Part shown: one piece after another, positions 48,126-57,658 of the stretch
How positions within the stretch are numbered: position 1 is the first letter of the stretch
How the letters are laid out: each line of letters begins with the position of its first letter
From: Gemmatimonadota bacterium
Lineage (GTDB): Bacteria > Gemmatimonadota > Gemmatimonadetes > Gemmatimonadales > GWC2-71-9
Assembly: GCA_039588295.1 (NCBI GenBank)
Contig: JBDHAB010000002.1
Location: 32,001 to 96,000, forward strand
Length of the DNA stretch: 64,000 nt
Reading direction: 5' to 3'
The notes under the pieces: generated by a model
What the model saw: only the letters and a program-made list of their open reading frames with translations
What the model was told of the DNA's origin: nothing
Database searches by the model: none
Translations under genes and position numbers: made by a program

Positions 48126-49243
48126 CCCTACGCCGATGTCTGGTAGGCATGGCGGTTGTAGTCGCATGCATCGTCCGCGCGACGCCGATCGCCGCGCAGG
48201 AGACACCCGCCGACACGGCCGATGTCCTGGTGGAACTCGCCAGAAGCTTGGAGACGGAGGGACGGACCGAGCTCGCCAGACAGTTGCTACGCCTCGTTCT
48301 CGACCGCTACCCAGACACGCCGGCTGCGCGAGAAGCCGCCCAGCAGCTAGGCCTGCTGCGCGACACGCGCGTCGCCGGGAGTGGGCGAGTGCAGTTCGTC
48401 GTTTGGAACACGCTCTTCGGAACCTGGCTCGGCCTTGCGATTCCCGCTGCGTTTGGGGCCGACAGCCCGGAACCCTTCGGGGCGGGCCTGCTCGTGGGTG
48501 GCCCGACGGGATATCTGGCCTCGCGCGCCTATGCGCGGAGCCGGTCGCTCACGGCGGGCCAAGCGGGTGCGTACACTCTAGCCACGGTTTGGGGAACATG
48601 GCAGGGACTTGGCTGGCAGCAGGCGCTGAACATCAGCGAACCGTCGGACGAGGGACCATGGGTCGCAATGGTCATCGGCGGGCTCACGGGAATCGGCACC
48701 GGACTCCTGCTCAGCCACCAGGACATCTCTCGCGGAGGCATCACACTCGCCGACCATGCAGCGCTTTGGGGAACGTGGTACGGGTTTGCGCTCGGCGTAA
48801 TGCTCGATCGGGAGGACGACGCCCTGTGGGCGTTCACCCTCGTCGGCGGAGACGTCGGGCTAGCGGCTGCCGTTCCGACCGCGAGCATCTGGAGGCCAAC
48901 CCCCGGTCAAGTGCGCCTCACGAGCCTCGCGGGGGTTGCGGGCGGGGTTGCTGGGTTGGGCCTCGATCTGTTGCTGAGCGTAGAAGATGACGCCACCGCA
49001 GTTGCCATTCCCACAATCGGCGCGACCATCGGGCTCGTCGCAGGCGCACTAGGGACAGCCGGCCGGAACGACAACCGCACCGACTTCGACGGGACGCTGG
49101 ACGGAGCGCTGCTCAACGTCCGCGATGGCCTGCGTCTCGGCTTTCCCAGCCTCCTACCCGACGCGCAGCCAAGCCTGACGCGGGACGGCCGTGTCACGAT
49201 GCGGCCGGCCGTGCACCTGCGACTAGTGGACGTGCGCTTCTAG
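48122..49243 (+). CDS. Envelope protein with a TPR-like helix pair and four glycine-rich hydrophobic repeats
   Basis: Signal peptide; RYPDTPAAREA; GTWLG, GTWQG and GTWYG repeats; ATGA overlap with the amidase stop. Confidence 0.8.
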   Translation: MTLRRCLVGMAVVVACIVRATPIAAQETPADTADVLVELARSLETEGRTELARQLLRLVLDRYPDTPAAREAAQQLGLLRDTRVAGSGRVQFVVWNTLFGTWLGLAIPAAFGADSPEPFGAGLLVGGPTGYLASRAYARSRSLTAGQAGAYTLATVWGTWQGLGWQQALNISEPSDEGPWVAMVIGGLTGIGTGLLLSHQDISRGGITLADHAALWGTWYGFALGVMLDREDDALWAFTLVGGDVGLAAAVPTASIWRPTPGQVRLTSLAGVAGGVAGLGLDLLLSVEDDATAVAIPTIGATIGLVAGALGTAGRNDNRTDFDGTLDGALLNVRDGLRLGFPSLLPDAQPSLTRDGRVTMRPAVHLRLVDVRF

Positions 49244-49253
49244 GAGACTTTCC

Positions 49254-50987
49254 ATGGCTGCCGGACGCGAGGGAGGCGATCACCTGGGGCACGACCAACG
49301 ACCCGTTGAGCGACGCCAGTTCATTCAGGCCGGCGTCGGCATAACAGCAGTGCTGGCCGGACTACCCGTTCCACCGTGGAGCCGCCGCCAAGGCGCCATC
49401 GACACCGTGTTCCGAGATGCGCTGGTCTTCGACGGGCTCGGCAACCCACCGGTGTCCGCCGACGTGGCCGTCTCCGGAGATCGAATCGCGGATGTGGGGG
49501 CACACTTGCTCACAGGTCGAGCGGAGACCATCGACCTCGATGGACTCGCGCTCGCGCCGGGGTTCATCGACATCCACTCACATACCGATCTCGATCTCTT
49601 CGTGAGCCCGCTGGCCGAAAGCAAGATCCGGCAGGGTGTGACCACGGAAGTCGCCGGCCAGGACGGGAGCTCCATTGGGCCGTGGAGCGCCGAACAGGCG
49701 GCACGCGTGCGCGAGCGACATCGCGAATCGTCAGGCGTCGAACTGGACTTCAGCGATCTCTCCGGATTCGTGCGCCAGCTCGAGATCCAGGGAACCGCGG
49801 TGAACCTCGCGAGCATGGTTGGCCACGGCACGGTCCGAGAGTTCGTGATCGGCACCGAGAATCGGCCGGCGTCACCGGAGGAAATCGATCGGATGCGGGT
49901 CCTGGTTGCCGAGGCGCTTCGCGCCGGGGCATGCGGCCTTTCCAGCGGACTCGAATACGTCCCCGGCGCCTTCGCGACGCTGGATGAACTGGTAGCCGTT
50001 GCGAGACCGCTCTCGGCGGCAGGCCTTCCGTATGCGACCCACATGCGAAACGAAGACGACCAACTGTTCGCCGCGATCGAAGAGGCCGTGAACGTCGGGC
50101 GTCTCGCGGGCGTGCCGGTACAGATCTCACATCTCAAGGCGCAAGGTCAGCGGAACTGGTGGAAGGCAGAACCGGTGCTGCAAATGCTCGAGCGCGCGCG
50201 TGACGATCGTGTGGACGTGATGTACGACCGCTATCCCTACGTTGCGTACAGCACCGGACTCACGTCGCTGTTTCCGGTGTGGGCCCGCGATGGAGGAACG
50301 GCTGGGTTGCTCGGACGGTTGGCACAACCTTCGGTGGCGGACCGGATCGAGCGGGACGTACGCGGGAAGATCACCAAGCTCGGGAATTGGGACGCCGTTC
50401 AGATCACCGCCACCTCCGAAGACTCACTGCGTTGGGCCGCCGGGCGGCGTTTGGGTACGCTGGCGGCGGAGCGCGAGGTGGAGCCCTATCGGCTGTTGCT
50501 CGAGCTCATCACTGGAGACCGAGGGCGGTCCGGGATGGTGGGCTTTGGCATGAGTGAGGAGAACACGACACGGTTCCTCACACACCCCCTGGGGATGATC
50601 TGTTCCGATGGCTCGGCACTCGCAACCCAGGGTCCGCTCGCACGAGGAACGCCTCACCCACGGAGCTTCGGTACCTTCCCGCGAGTGCTGGGCCACTACT
50701 GCCGAGACGAACGAGCCATGTCGCTCGAGCTGGCGGTCCGCAAGATGACCGCGCTCCCTGCTATGCGGCTCAAACTGAGTGGGCGCGGCGTGATCGCACC
50801 CGGAGCCTTCGCCGATCTCGTGGCATTCGACCCCGACCGTATTCGAGACCGCGCGACATTCGAGGACCCACATCAATACCCCACGGGGATCGTGCACGTG
50901 ATGGTGAACGGAGCATGGGTGCTGCGGGGGGGCGAGCGCACGCCCGCGCTCCCGGGGCGGCCGCTTCGGCCCAGCGCCGCTAGGTAA
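49254..50987 (+). CDS. N-acyl-D-amino-acid deacylase family amidohydrolase with Tat-like signal
   Basis: ERRQFIQAG; PGFIDIHSH, GLEYVPG, HMRNE, ISHLK, PHPRSFGTFPR. Confidence 0.92.
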   Translation: MAAGREGGDHLGHDQRPVERRQFIQAGVGITAVLAGLPVPPWSRRQGAIDTVFRDALVFDGLGNPPVSADVAVSGDRIADVGAHLLTGRAETIDLDGLALAPGFIDIHSHTDLDLFVSPLAESKIRQGVTTEVAGQDGSSIGPWSAEQAARVRERHRESSGVELDFSDLSGFVRQLEIQGTAVNLASMVGHGTVREFVIGTENRPASPEEIDRMRVLVAEALRAGACGLSSGLEYVPGAFATLDELVAVARPLSAAGLPYATHMRNEDDQLFAAIEEAVNVGRLAGVPVQISHLKAQGQRNWWKAEPVLQMLERARDDRVDVMYDRYPYVAYSTGLTSLFPVWARDGGTAGLLGRLAQPSVADRIERDVRGKITKLGNWDAVQITATSEDSLRWAAGRRLGTLAAEREVEPYRLLLELITGDRGRSGMVGFGMSEENTTRFLTHPLGMICSDGSALATQGPLARGTPHPRSFGTFPRVLGHYCRDERAMSLELAVRKMTALPAMRLKLSGRGVIAPGAFADLVAFDPDRIRDRATFEDPHQYPTGIVHVMVNGAWVLRGGERTPALPGRPLRPSAAR

Positions 50988-51033
50988 TGAGACGAGCTGC
51001 AGGACACCCGCACACGTGCAACCAGTGAAGCCG

Positions 51034-51924
51034 ATGAGATCGGCCGCACGGTTCACCGCCACATGCCTGGCGCTGGGTATTGCCGCATGTGGGCCTGCGC
51101 GACCGGATCTCACGGTCATGAGCTTCAACATTCGCTACGGAACCGCGGCCGACGGTGACAATCGTTGGGAACGGCGCTCGCCCCTGGTGTTCGATGTGAT
51201 CCGGGAGCAGGCGCCCGACGTGCTGGGAGTTCAGGAAGCCCTTCGATTCCAGCTGAATGAGATCCGCGACGCGTTTCCCCAGTACACCGAGCTCGGCGTC
51301 GGACGCGACGACGGCGAGACGCTCGGAGAGTACGTGGCGATTCTCTACCGCACCGCTCGGTTTTCCGTGGCCGACCACGGTACGTTCTGGTTTTCGGAGA
51401 CCCCATCGATTCCCGGATCGACGAGCTGGGGCAATCGCATCACCCGCATCTGCACGTGGGCGCGGCTCGAGGATCGCGTCTCGGGGCTGACGATCTACGT
51501 CTACAACGTCCACCTGGACCACGAATCGCAGCCATCCCGCGAACGCAGCGTCGAGCTCCTGGCTCACGAGATCGCGGATCGCGAGCCGCGAGAGCCGGTC
51601 ATCGTGATGGGGGACTTCAATGCCGGAGAGGACAACTCGGTGCAACGGTACCTGACAGGTACCCTGCCGCGCGCAACCGCCGACTCGGGCACCTCAGCCC
51701 CCGCGCCAGCGTTCGTGGACACGTTTCGTGCCTCCCATCCCACCGCGACGCATGTGGGCACCTTCCATGCCTTTCGAGGCGATAGCTCCGGTGCCAAGAT
51801 CGACGCCATCTTCGTGTCACACGAGCTCACCGTGCTGGAAGGGGCGATTGTGCGAACGCAACGCGAGGGGCGTTACCCGTCCGACCATTTCCCCGTCACC
51901 GCGCGGCTGCGTGCCGAGCGCTAG
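51034..51924 (+). CDS. Endonuclease/exonuclease/phosphatase family lipoprotein
   Basis: IAAC lipobox; MSFNIR, GVQEA, NVHLD, MGDFN, IDAIF, PSDHFPV. Confidence 0.93.
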   Translation: MRSAARFTATCLALGIAACGPARPDLTVMSFNIRYGTAADGDNRWERRSPLVFDVIREQAPDVLGVQEALRFQLNEIRDAFPQYTELGVGRDDGETLGEYVAILYRTARFSVADHGTFWFSETPSIPGSTSWGNRITRICTWARLEDRVSGLTIYVYNVHLDHESQPSRERSVELLAHEIADREPREPVIVMGDFNAGEDNSVQRYLTGTLPRATADSGTSAPAPAFVDTFRASHPTATHVGTFHAFRGDSSGAKIDAIFVSHELTVLEGAIVRTQREGRYPSDHFPVTARLRAER

Positions 51925-51976
51925 AAGCAGCGTCCCCACCCTCGCGCAGGAGCGGCGTGCGGGATAACTTCGCGCC

Positions 51977-52624
51977 ATGCACGAGCACCACTTCACGGTA
52001 CCGAGAACCACACGGTATTTCACGCTGGGACAGGCAGACCACCGGCTCAGTGAAGTGTGGTTCGTCTGTCACGGCTACGGTCAGCTCGCCAGTGATTTCC
52101 TCCAGCTGTTTGCGGCGCTCGACAATGGTACGCGGCTCATCGTCGCTCCCGAGGGGCTATCGCGCTACTACACGAATCACGCGCGCGGCGAGATCGGCGC
52201 GAGTTGGATGACCCGCGAGGAGCGGCTCGCGGAGGTCTCGGACTACGTACGCTACCTCGATCGGCTCTATGAACACGTGTTTCAAACGGTGCCGCGCTCG
52301 TCGGTCTCAGTTCGCGTCCTGGGGTTCTCGCAGGGCGGGGCGACCGCGGCACGCTGGGTCTCCCTCGGCAGGGCGATTGTCGATCGGCTCATCGTGTGGG
52401 GTGAGGGATTGCCGCCCGACCTGGATCTCGAGATGGCGTGGGGCAAGTTTGAGGACTCACGCCTGACGCTGGTGGTTGGCACTGACGATCCGTACATCGA
52501 CGAAACGCGTTTGGCCTCAGTCGAGGCCCGGCTCATGGAACACGAGATCCCGTACGAAACCGTGCGATATGATGGCGGCCATTACCTGGATGGCAACGTT
52601 TTGCGGTCGCTCGCGGCCACGTAG
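51977..52624 (+). CDS. Phospholipase/carboxylesterase-type alpha/beta hydrolase
   Basis: CHGYGQ, GASWMTRE, GFSQG nucleophile elbow, GTDD, GGH. Confidence 0.9.
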   Translation: MHEHHFTVPRTTRYFTLGQADHRLSEVWFVCHGYGQLASDFLQLFAALDNGTRLIVAPEGLSRYYTNHARGEIGASWMTREERLAEVSDYVRYLDRLYEHVFQTVPRSSVSVRVLGFSQGGATAARWVSLGRAIVDRLIVWGEGLPPDLDLEMAWGKFEDSRLTLVVGTDDPYIDETRLASVEARLMEHEIPYETVRYDGGHYLDGNVLRSLAAT

Positions 52625-52664
52625 CGGCCGCGCGGGCATCCGGCTCACGCCGAAACCCCCGCCG

Positions 52665-53378
52665 CTGATCGAGCTTACCCTCTTGGTCTGCGCGTGCTGG
52701 GCCACCACGCTCGCAGCTCAGGTCACGCGGCAGGAAGAGACACCAGGCCAGCGCCGAGCCCGCGAGTCGATGGTTGCGCTGATCGAGCGTTACGGGGTGC
52801 GCGACGCCGCGACCTTGCGGGCCATGCGATCGGCCCCGCGTCACGAATTCGTACCTGCCGACCAGCGAAACCGCGCGTACGGAGACCATCCGCTGCCCAT
52901 CGGTTACGGACAGACGATCTCACAACCGTACATCGTGGCCTACATGACTGAGATGCTACGCGTGGAACCGGGCGACACGGTGCTCGAGGTTGGTACGGGC
53001 TCGGGATACCAGGCCGCCGTGCTGGCGGAACTCGACGTGGAGGTCTACACCATCGAGATCTTCGCGGCGCTCGCCGCGAGCGCGCGGCGGCGCCTCGGGC
53101 GGCTCGGCTACGAGAACGTCACCGTACGGCACGGCGACGGGCACTTCGGCTGGGAAGAACACGCGCCGTTTGACGGTGTGATCGTGACGGCGGCCGCCGG
53201 GTACATTCCCCCCGCACTCACCGATCAGCTCAAAACCGGCGCGCGCATGCTGATACCCGTGGGGAGCGTCTATGGGGTGCAGAACCTCATTCTCGTTGAG
53301 AAGCGGGAAGACGGAGCCCTCACAACCCGCTCGCTCTTGCCGGTGCGTTTCGTTCCGATGCTCGAAGGCCTCCGCTGA
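52665..53378 (+). CDS. pcm: Protein-L-isoaspartate O-methyltransferase, possibly with a signal peptide
   Basis: PRHEFVP, PIGYGQTISQP, VLEVGTGSGYQAA, VRFVPM; start uncertain (52590, 52665 or 52770). Confidence 0.93.
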   Translation: MIELTLLVCACWATTLAAQVTRQEETPGQRRARESMVALIERYGVRDAATLRAMRSAPRHEFVPADQRNRAYGDHPLPIGYGQTISQPYIVAYMTEMLRVEPGDTVLEVGTGSGYQAAVLAELDVEVYTIEIFAALAASARRRLGRLGYENVTVRHGDGHFGWEEHAPFDGVIVTAAAGYIPPALTDQLKTGARMLIPVGSVYGVQNLILVEKREDGALTTRSLLPVRFVPMLEGLR

Positions 53379-55774
53379 AGCACGCGACGCTCTCTCGAGC
53401 CGCCGCGGTTACCCTCGTCTCCGCTGGCACGCTCACCTATGAACTCCTGCTCGTGCGCGTGTTCGCCATCGAGCAATTCCATCACTTCGCCTACATGGCA
53501 ATCGGCGTCGCCATGCTGGGATTCGGGACCACCGGCACCGTTCTGGCGCTCCGCGGGCAGATGGAGCGGTCTCGAGCGGAGCTATGGTTCTACCGTGCGA
53601 CGATGCTCACGGTCGTTGCCCTCCTGGCAGCACCCACCCTTATCCATCGAATACCGGTCGATGCCACCCAACTCCTCTGGGACCTCGGACAGTGGCCGCG
53701 CATGGCTCTCGTCTACGCCGTGCTGGCCCTACCGTTCGCGGCAGGTGCCCTCGCCATCCTCCTAGCGCTCCAACTCTCGGACAACCGACTCGGATTCATC
53801 TACGGTGCGAGCTTCTTCGGTTCCGGGATCGGCGCCACCCTCTCACTGGTCGTGCTCTCCGTCTGGAGTCCGGACAGGGCGTTGGCGGCGCCGGCGCTCA
53901 TTGCGGTGCTGGGAGTCTTGCCGGCGCGCGGAGATCCGCGCCGCGGCCGATCGATGGGCATCCTCCTACTGATCGCCACCGTGGCCATGGTCGCTCGACC
54001 CCTGTGGCAACTCGACCTCGCCTCCCACAAGGCGCTCACCCAAATCGCGGCATACCCCGGCGCAGAACGCATCGCCGAACGAACGAGCCCCCTCGGATGG
54101 ACCGTCGCAGTCGGCGCCCCCGCGTTCCGCCACGCACCCGGGTTGTCACTCGCATTTCGCGGGGAGTTCCCATCCCAGCTGGGGCTGTTCGTGGACGCAC
54201 AGCTGGTGGGCGCCGTACCCACCGATGCTCTCGATACCGCAGAGCTCGACCTGCTCGATTGGCTCCCGACCGCAGCCCCGTACGCCGTGCGAACACCGGG
54301 TCATGTACTCGTGCTCGCCGCCGGAGGAGGCACGGAAGTGCGAAACGCCAGGCGGCACGGGGCCCGGCGAGTGACGGCCGTCGAGCCCGTGGCCGATGTC
54401 GTACACCTGGCGGCGGAACGCGCCATCGCCAAGACGTTCACGGAGGGGACAGACTGGGTCTTCGCCGACGGGCGGTCGTTTGCATCCCGGACTCGCGAAG
54501 CCTACGACGTGATCACGATCGGCCCCGCTGGCGGCCTCGGTGCGGCAGCCGCCGGCGTGCATGCGTTGACCGAGGATTTCCTCCATACGGTCGAAGCGTA
54601 CACGCGATACCTGCAAATCCTATCGCCGGACGGAATACTCGCCGTGACACGCTGGAGTTCGACGCCCCCCCGGGAGAACGTCCGTGTCATCCTGACCGCC
54701 GCTGCCGCACTTCGGCGGGTGGCACCGACAACGGCCAGTCAGGCGATGATCGTGCTACGGAGCTGGGGCACCGCCACGACGTTGCTCAAGCCGTCGGGCT
54801 TCTCCGCCGCCGAGTTCGCCAGTCTCGAACGGTGGGCGACCGAACGGCAATTCGATATCGAGTGGGGGCCAGGAACCGACACACCAGGCACGCGGTTCCA
54901 TCAGACCGCGGAGCCGGTGCTGTTTCGCGCGGCGCGAGCCGCGGCACACGGCCCGTCCGCCGCGACGCGATTCGCATCGGAGTATCCGCTCGACGTGCGA
55001 CCGGCAACCGACGCCCGGCCGTTCCCCCACCATTTTCTCACGCTGTCGTCACTCGCGACCTTCCTGCGTACCGACCGTGGAAGCTGGCTGCCTTTCGCAG
55101 AGCTCGGCTTCGTCACGATCATCGCCACACTCCTCCAGAGCACCGCGCTCGCGATCGTCTGCCTGCTCATCCCAATCATGGCTCGCCCGACGATCGGGAT
55201 GAGCAGGCAGACGATGTCCGTCGTCGGCTATTTCGGTGCAATCGGCTTGGGCTATCTGGCAATGGAGATCGCGGCCATCCAGGTGATGATCCTGCTCTTG
55301 GGCCATCCGGTCTACGCCGTCGTTGCCGTCCTGTCGACGATCCTCATCTGCTCGGGGGCGGGGAGCGCGTGGTCCGATCGCCTGAGCACCACCTATGGCT
55401 GGGTGCCGGGATTGGTGCTCGCCGGGACGCTCGCATTGATGGGTGGAGCAGTGCTCATCGTGGTGCACGCGGCCCAGGGCTGGCCGCTGGCAGCTCGAGC
55501 CGTCGTCGCGCTTGCCGTCGTTGCACCGACCGCGCTCGTGATGGGAACGCCCTTCCCGCTGGGGCTGAGAACCATGGCGAGAGGTGATCACGCACGGACG
55601 GCGCTGGCGTGGGCCAGCAACGGCTTCGCGTCCGTGATCGCTGCGCCCCTGGCGGCGCTGATAGCCCTCCAATCCGGCTCGCGCCTCGTGCTATTCGTCG
55701 CCGCGATAGCCTACGGAACTGCCGCCATCATCTACAGAGCGGTCCGGCATCCATCGGAGCGTGCCGGCGTCTAG
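53375..55774 (+). CDS. Polytopic membrane protein with a central spermidine-synthase-like (SAM-binding fold) domain
   Basis: TM block (YELLLVRVF..HHFAYMAI), VLVLAAGGG..VTAVE..DGR..YDVI..HTVEAY, second TM block (LLGHPVYA, MGTPFPLGL, WASNG); frame open back to CTG 53375 overlapping the pcm stop. Confidence 0.88.
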   Translation: MKHATLSRAAAVTLVSAGTLTYELLLVRVFAIEQFHHFAYMAIGVAMLGFGTTGTVLALRGQMERSRAELWFYRATMLTVVALLAAPTLIHRIPVDATQLLWDLGQWPRMALVYAVLALPFAAGALAILLALQLSDNRLGFIYGASFFGSGIGATLSLVVLSVWSPDRALAAPALIAVLGVLPARGDPRRGRSMGILLLIATVAMVARPLWQLDLASHKALTQIAAYPGAERIAERTSPLGWTVAVGAPAFRHAPGLSLAFRGEFPSQLGLFVDAQLVGAVPTDALDTAELDLLDWLPTAAPYAVRTPGHVLVLAAGGGTEVRNARRHGARRVTAVEPVADVVHLAAERAIAKTFTEGTDWVFADGRSFASRTREAYDVITIGPAGGLGAAAAGVHALTEDFLHTVEAYTRYLQILSPDGILAVTRWSSTPPRENVRVILTAAAALRRVAPTTASQAMIVLRSWGTATTLLKPSGFSAAEFASLERWATERQFDIEWGPGTDTPGTRFHQTAEPVLFRAARAAAHGPSAATRFASEYPLDVRPATDARPFPHHFLTLSSLATFLRTDRGSWLPFAELGFVTIIATLLQSTALAIVCLLIPIMARPTIGMSRQTMSVVGYFGAIGLGYLAMEIAAIQVMILLLGHPVYAVVAVLSTILICSGAGSAWSDRLSTTYGWVPGLVLAGTLALMGGAVLIVVHAAQGWPLAARAVVALAVVAPTALVMGTPFPLGLRTMARGDHARTALAWASNGFASVIAAPLAALIALQSGSRLVLFVAAIAYGTAAIIYRAVRHPSERAGV

Positions 55775-55809
55775 AGCCGAACGGCGAGCCGCCGACCCGG
55801 TTTGCCTGG

Positions 55810-56505
55810 TTACCGGAACGCCACCGTTAGATCGTCGAAGAATGCGATCGCAGAGCTTCGGGTGTTGTCCGTGTCAACCATCAGCGCAGTACCGGTCACG
55901 GAGCCCGGTGCTTCGCCAAAGAAGGCACGGTAGTCTTCGAGAAAGTCCCGCTCTTCACGAATCCAGCTTCCCGCCCGACTGTTGCCGCTCTGGAGGACGA
56001 TCATTGCAACCCGGTCCGAATAGGCGTTGGGAAACGTACTGCCCACGGGTTCGGCCGCCGCCCACACATAACACACCGCACGTGTCCTGCGGCTCCCGAA
56101 TTCACCCTCGAAGATCACGAAGACCCGCGCAACAAAGTCATCACCGCCCTTGGTCCTCTCCGATCGGGCACCCGAAAGGGTGGCAGGCACCAGCCAGCGC
56201 CAGGAAATTCGTCCGACGTCGGGGGACGCAACGGAGAGACGCCGAACCATCGCCGATGCCGCCGATTGGCTTCTCGCGCTGAGGACGGCATTCCCCATGC
56301 TGTCGACGACGGCATACGTTCCCACGCGAGCCGCAAGGCGTCGTGTCGACCACCGGCCCTTCCAGTCGCCGTCGAACCCTTCGTTGAAGCCCAGCGAATC
56401 AGCGCTCTCCTGAGCCGCAGCGACACCGATCGACGCCGTCAGGGCCCAGGTGATCGCCGTGAGAGCCATGCCGCAGCGAATGCGGCGCGCGCGCCAACGC
56501 CTCAA
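55810..56505 (-). CDS. DUF3047 domain secreted protein
   Basis: SWRW, KGGDDFVARVFV, CYVW, DYRAFFG, MVDTDNT; TTG start overlapping the fabH stop. Confidence 0.88.
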   Translation of the reverse strand: MRRWRARRIRCGMALTAITWALTASIGVAAAQESADSLGFNEGFDGDWKGRWSTRRLAARVGTYAVVDSMGNAVLSARSQSAASAMVRRLSVASPDVGRISWRWLVPATLSGARSERTKGGDDFVARVFVIFEGEFGSRRTRAVCYVWAAAEPVGSTFPNAYSDRVAMIVLQSGNSRAGSWIREERDFLEDYRAFFGEAPGSVTGTALMVDTDNTRSSAIAFFDDLTVAFR

Positions 56506-57500
56506 TAGCGAAGCAGGTTGGCTCCCCAGGTGAACCCCGATCCGAACGCGGCGAGGCACACGAGGCTGCCGCGGGAGATGGTTCCGTCCGCCACGACTTC
56601 ACTCAATGCGATGGGAATGCTCGCGGCCGTGGTGTTCCCATACCTCGCGATGTTGCTGTACACCTTCTCACCCGGGAGTCCGAGGCGCTTGCGCACCGCC
56701 TGCGTGATGCGCTCGTTGGCCTGGTGGGGAATGACGAGATCCAACTGCTCCGCAGACAGTCCCTGCTCGTTGAGAGCGGCGTGAATCACTTCGGGGAATC
56801 GCGTGACGGCGTGCTTGAACACCTCGCGCCCATTCATGTACGGAAAGACCGAGCCCTCGTCGAGCATCTCCTTCGTCAACCACGGCCGACTCGCCGACCC
56901 CGGCCGCAGTATGCAGAGCTCTTCCGCGAACCGCCCATCCGCATGCAGATGGTGCCAGATGAGATGACTACCGTCTTTGCCATCGGTGACCTCGAGACAC
57001 ACCGCACCCGCACCGTCACCGAAGAGCACGGCCGTATCCCTACCCTCGGTGTCCATTCGCAGGCCGGCCGAATGCAGCTCGGCTCCTACGATGAGCACCC
57101 GGTCGAACATTCCCATTCGGATGTAGGCGTCGGCAGCGGAGAGGCCGTACACGAATCCCGTACACTGGTTGCGCACGTCCATCGCACCCACCTCTCGCAC
57201 GCCGAGGGCACGTTGCAGCAGCACGCCATTGCCGGGGAAGTACAAGTCGGGAGAGAGTGTGGCAAACACGATGAACTGGATGTCCTCAGGCTTCCAGCCG
57301 GCTTGGTCCATTGCCGCGCGCGCCGCAAGCACGCCAAGGTCGCTGGAGCCGACCCCGTCCTCGGCGAATCGCCGCTCGGCGATTCCCGTCCGCTCGCGAA
57401 TCCACTCGTCGGACGTGTCCATGCGCTGTTCCAGGTCCTGATTGGTGACGACCCGGTCCGGTACGTGATGACCCACACCCGCGATTCGAGAAAGCCGCAT
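56502..57500 (-). CDS. fabH: Beta-ketoacyl-ACP synthase III
   Basis: DTSDEWIRERTGI, NQCTGFVY, LFGDGAGA, PHQANERI, GNTTAASIP, AFGSGFTWG. Confidence 0.96.
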   Translation of the reverse strand: MRLSRIAGVGHHVPDRVVTNQDLEQRMDTSDEWIRERTGIAERRFAEDGVGSSDLGVLAARAAMDQAGWKPEDIQFIVFATLSPDLYFPGNGVLLQRALGVREVGAMDVRNQCTGFVYGLSAADAYIRMGMFDRVLIVGAELHSAGLRMDTEGRDTAVLFGDGAGAVCLEVTDGKDGSHLIWHHLHADGRFAEELCILRPGSASRPWLTKEMLDEGSVFPYMNGREVFKHAVTRFPEVIHAALNEQGLSAEQLDLVIPHQANERITQAVRKRLGLPGEKVYSNIARYGNTTAASIPIALSEVVADGTISRGSLVCLAAFGSGFTWGANLLRY

Positions 57501-57658
57501 CGCTCCCATCCTTGTCCCAAGTCCTTTGATTCCTATCCCTCGGATCCGTCGGGGGCAACGGTCGCCCCAGTGGCGCCGGCCCCTACTGGCTGGTCGCAGC
57601 GCCCCCTGCAATATTACCTACTGGGAGGCGTTCGTACCGACGCGTATGGGGGTTCGCC

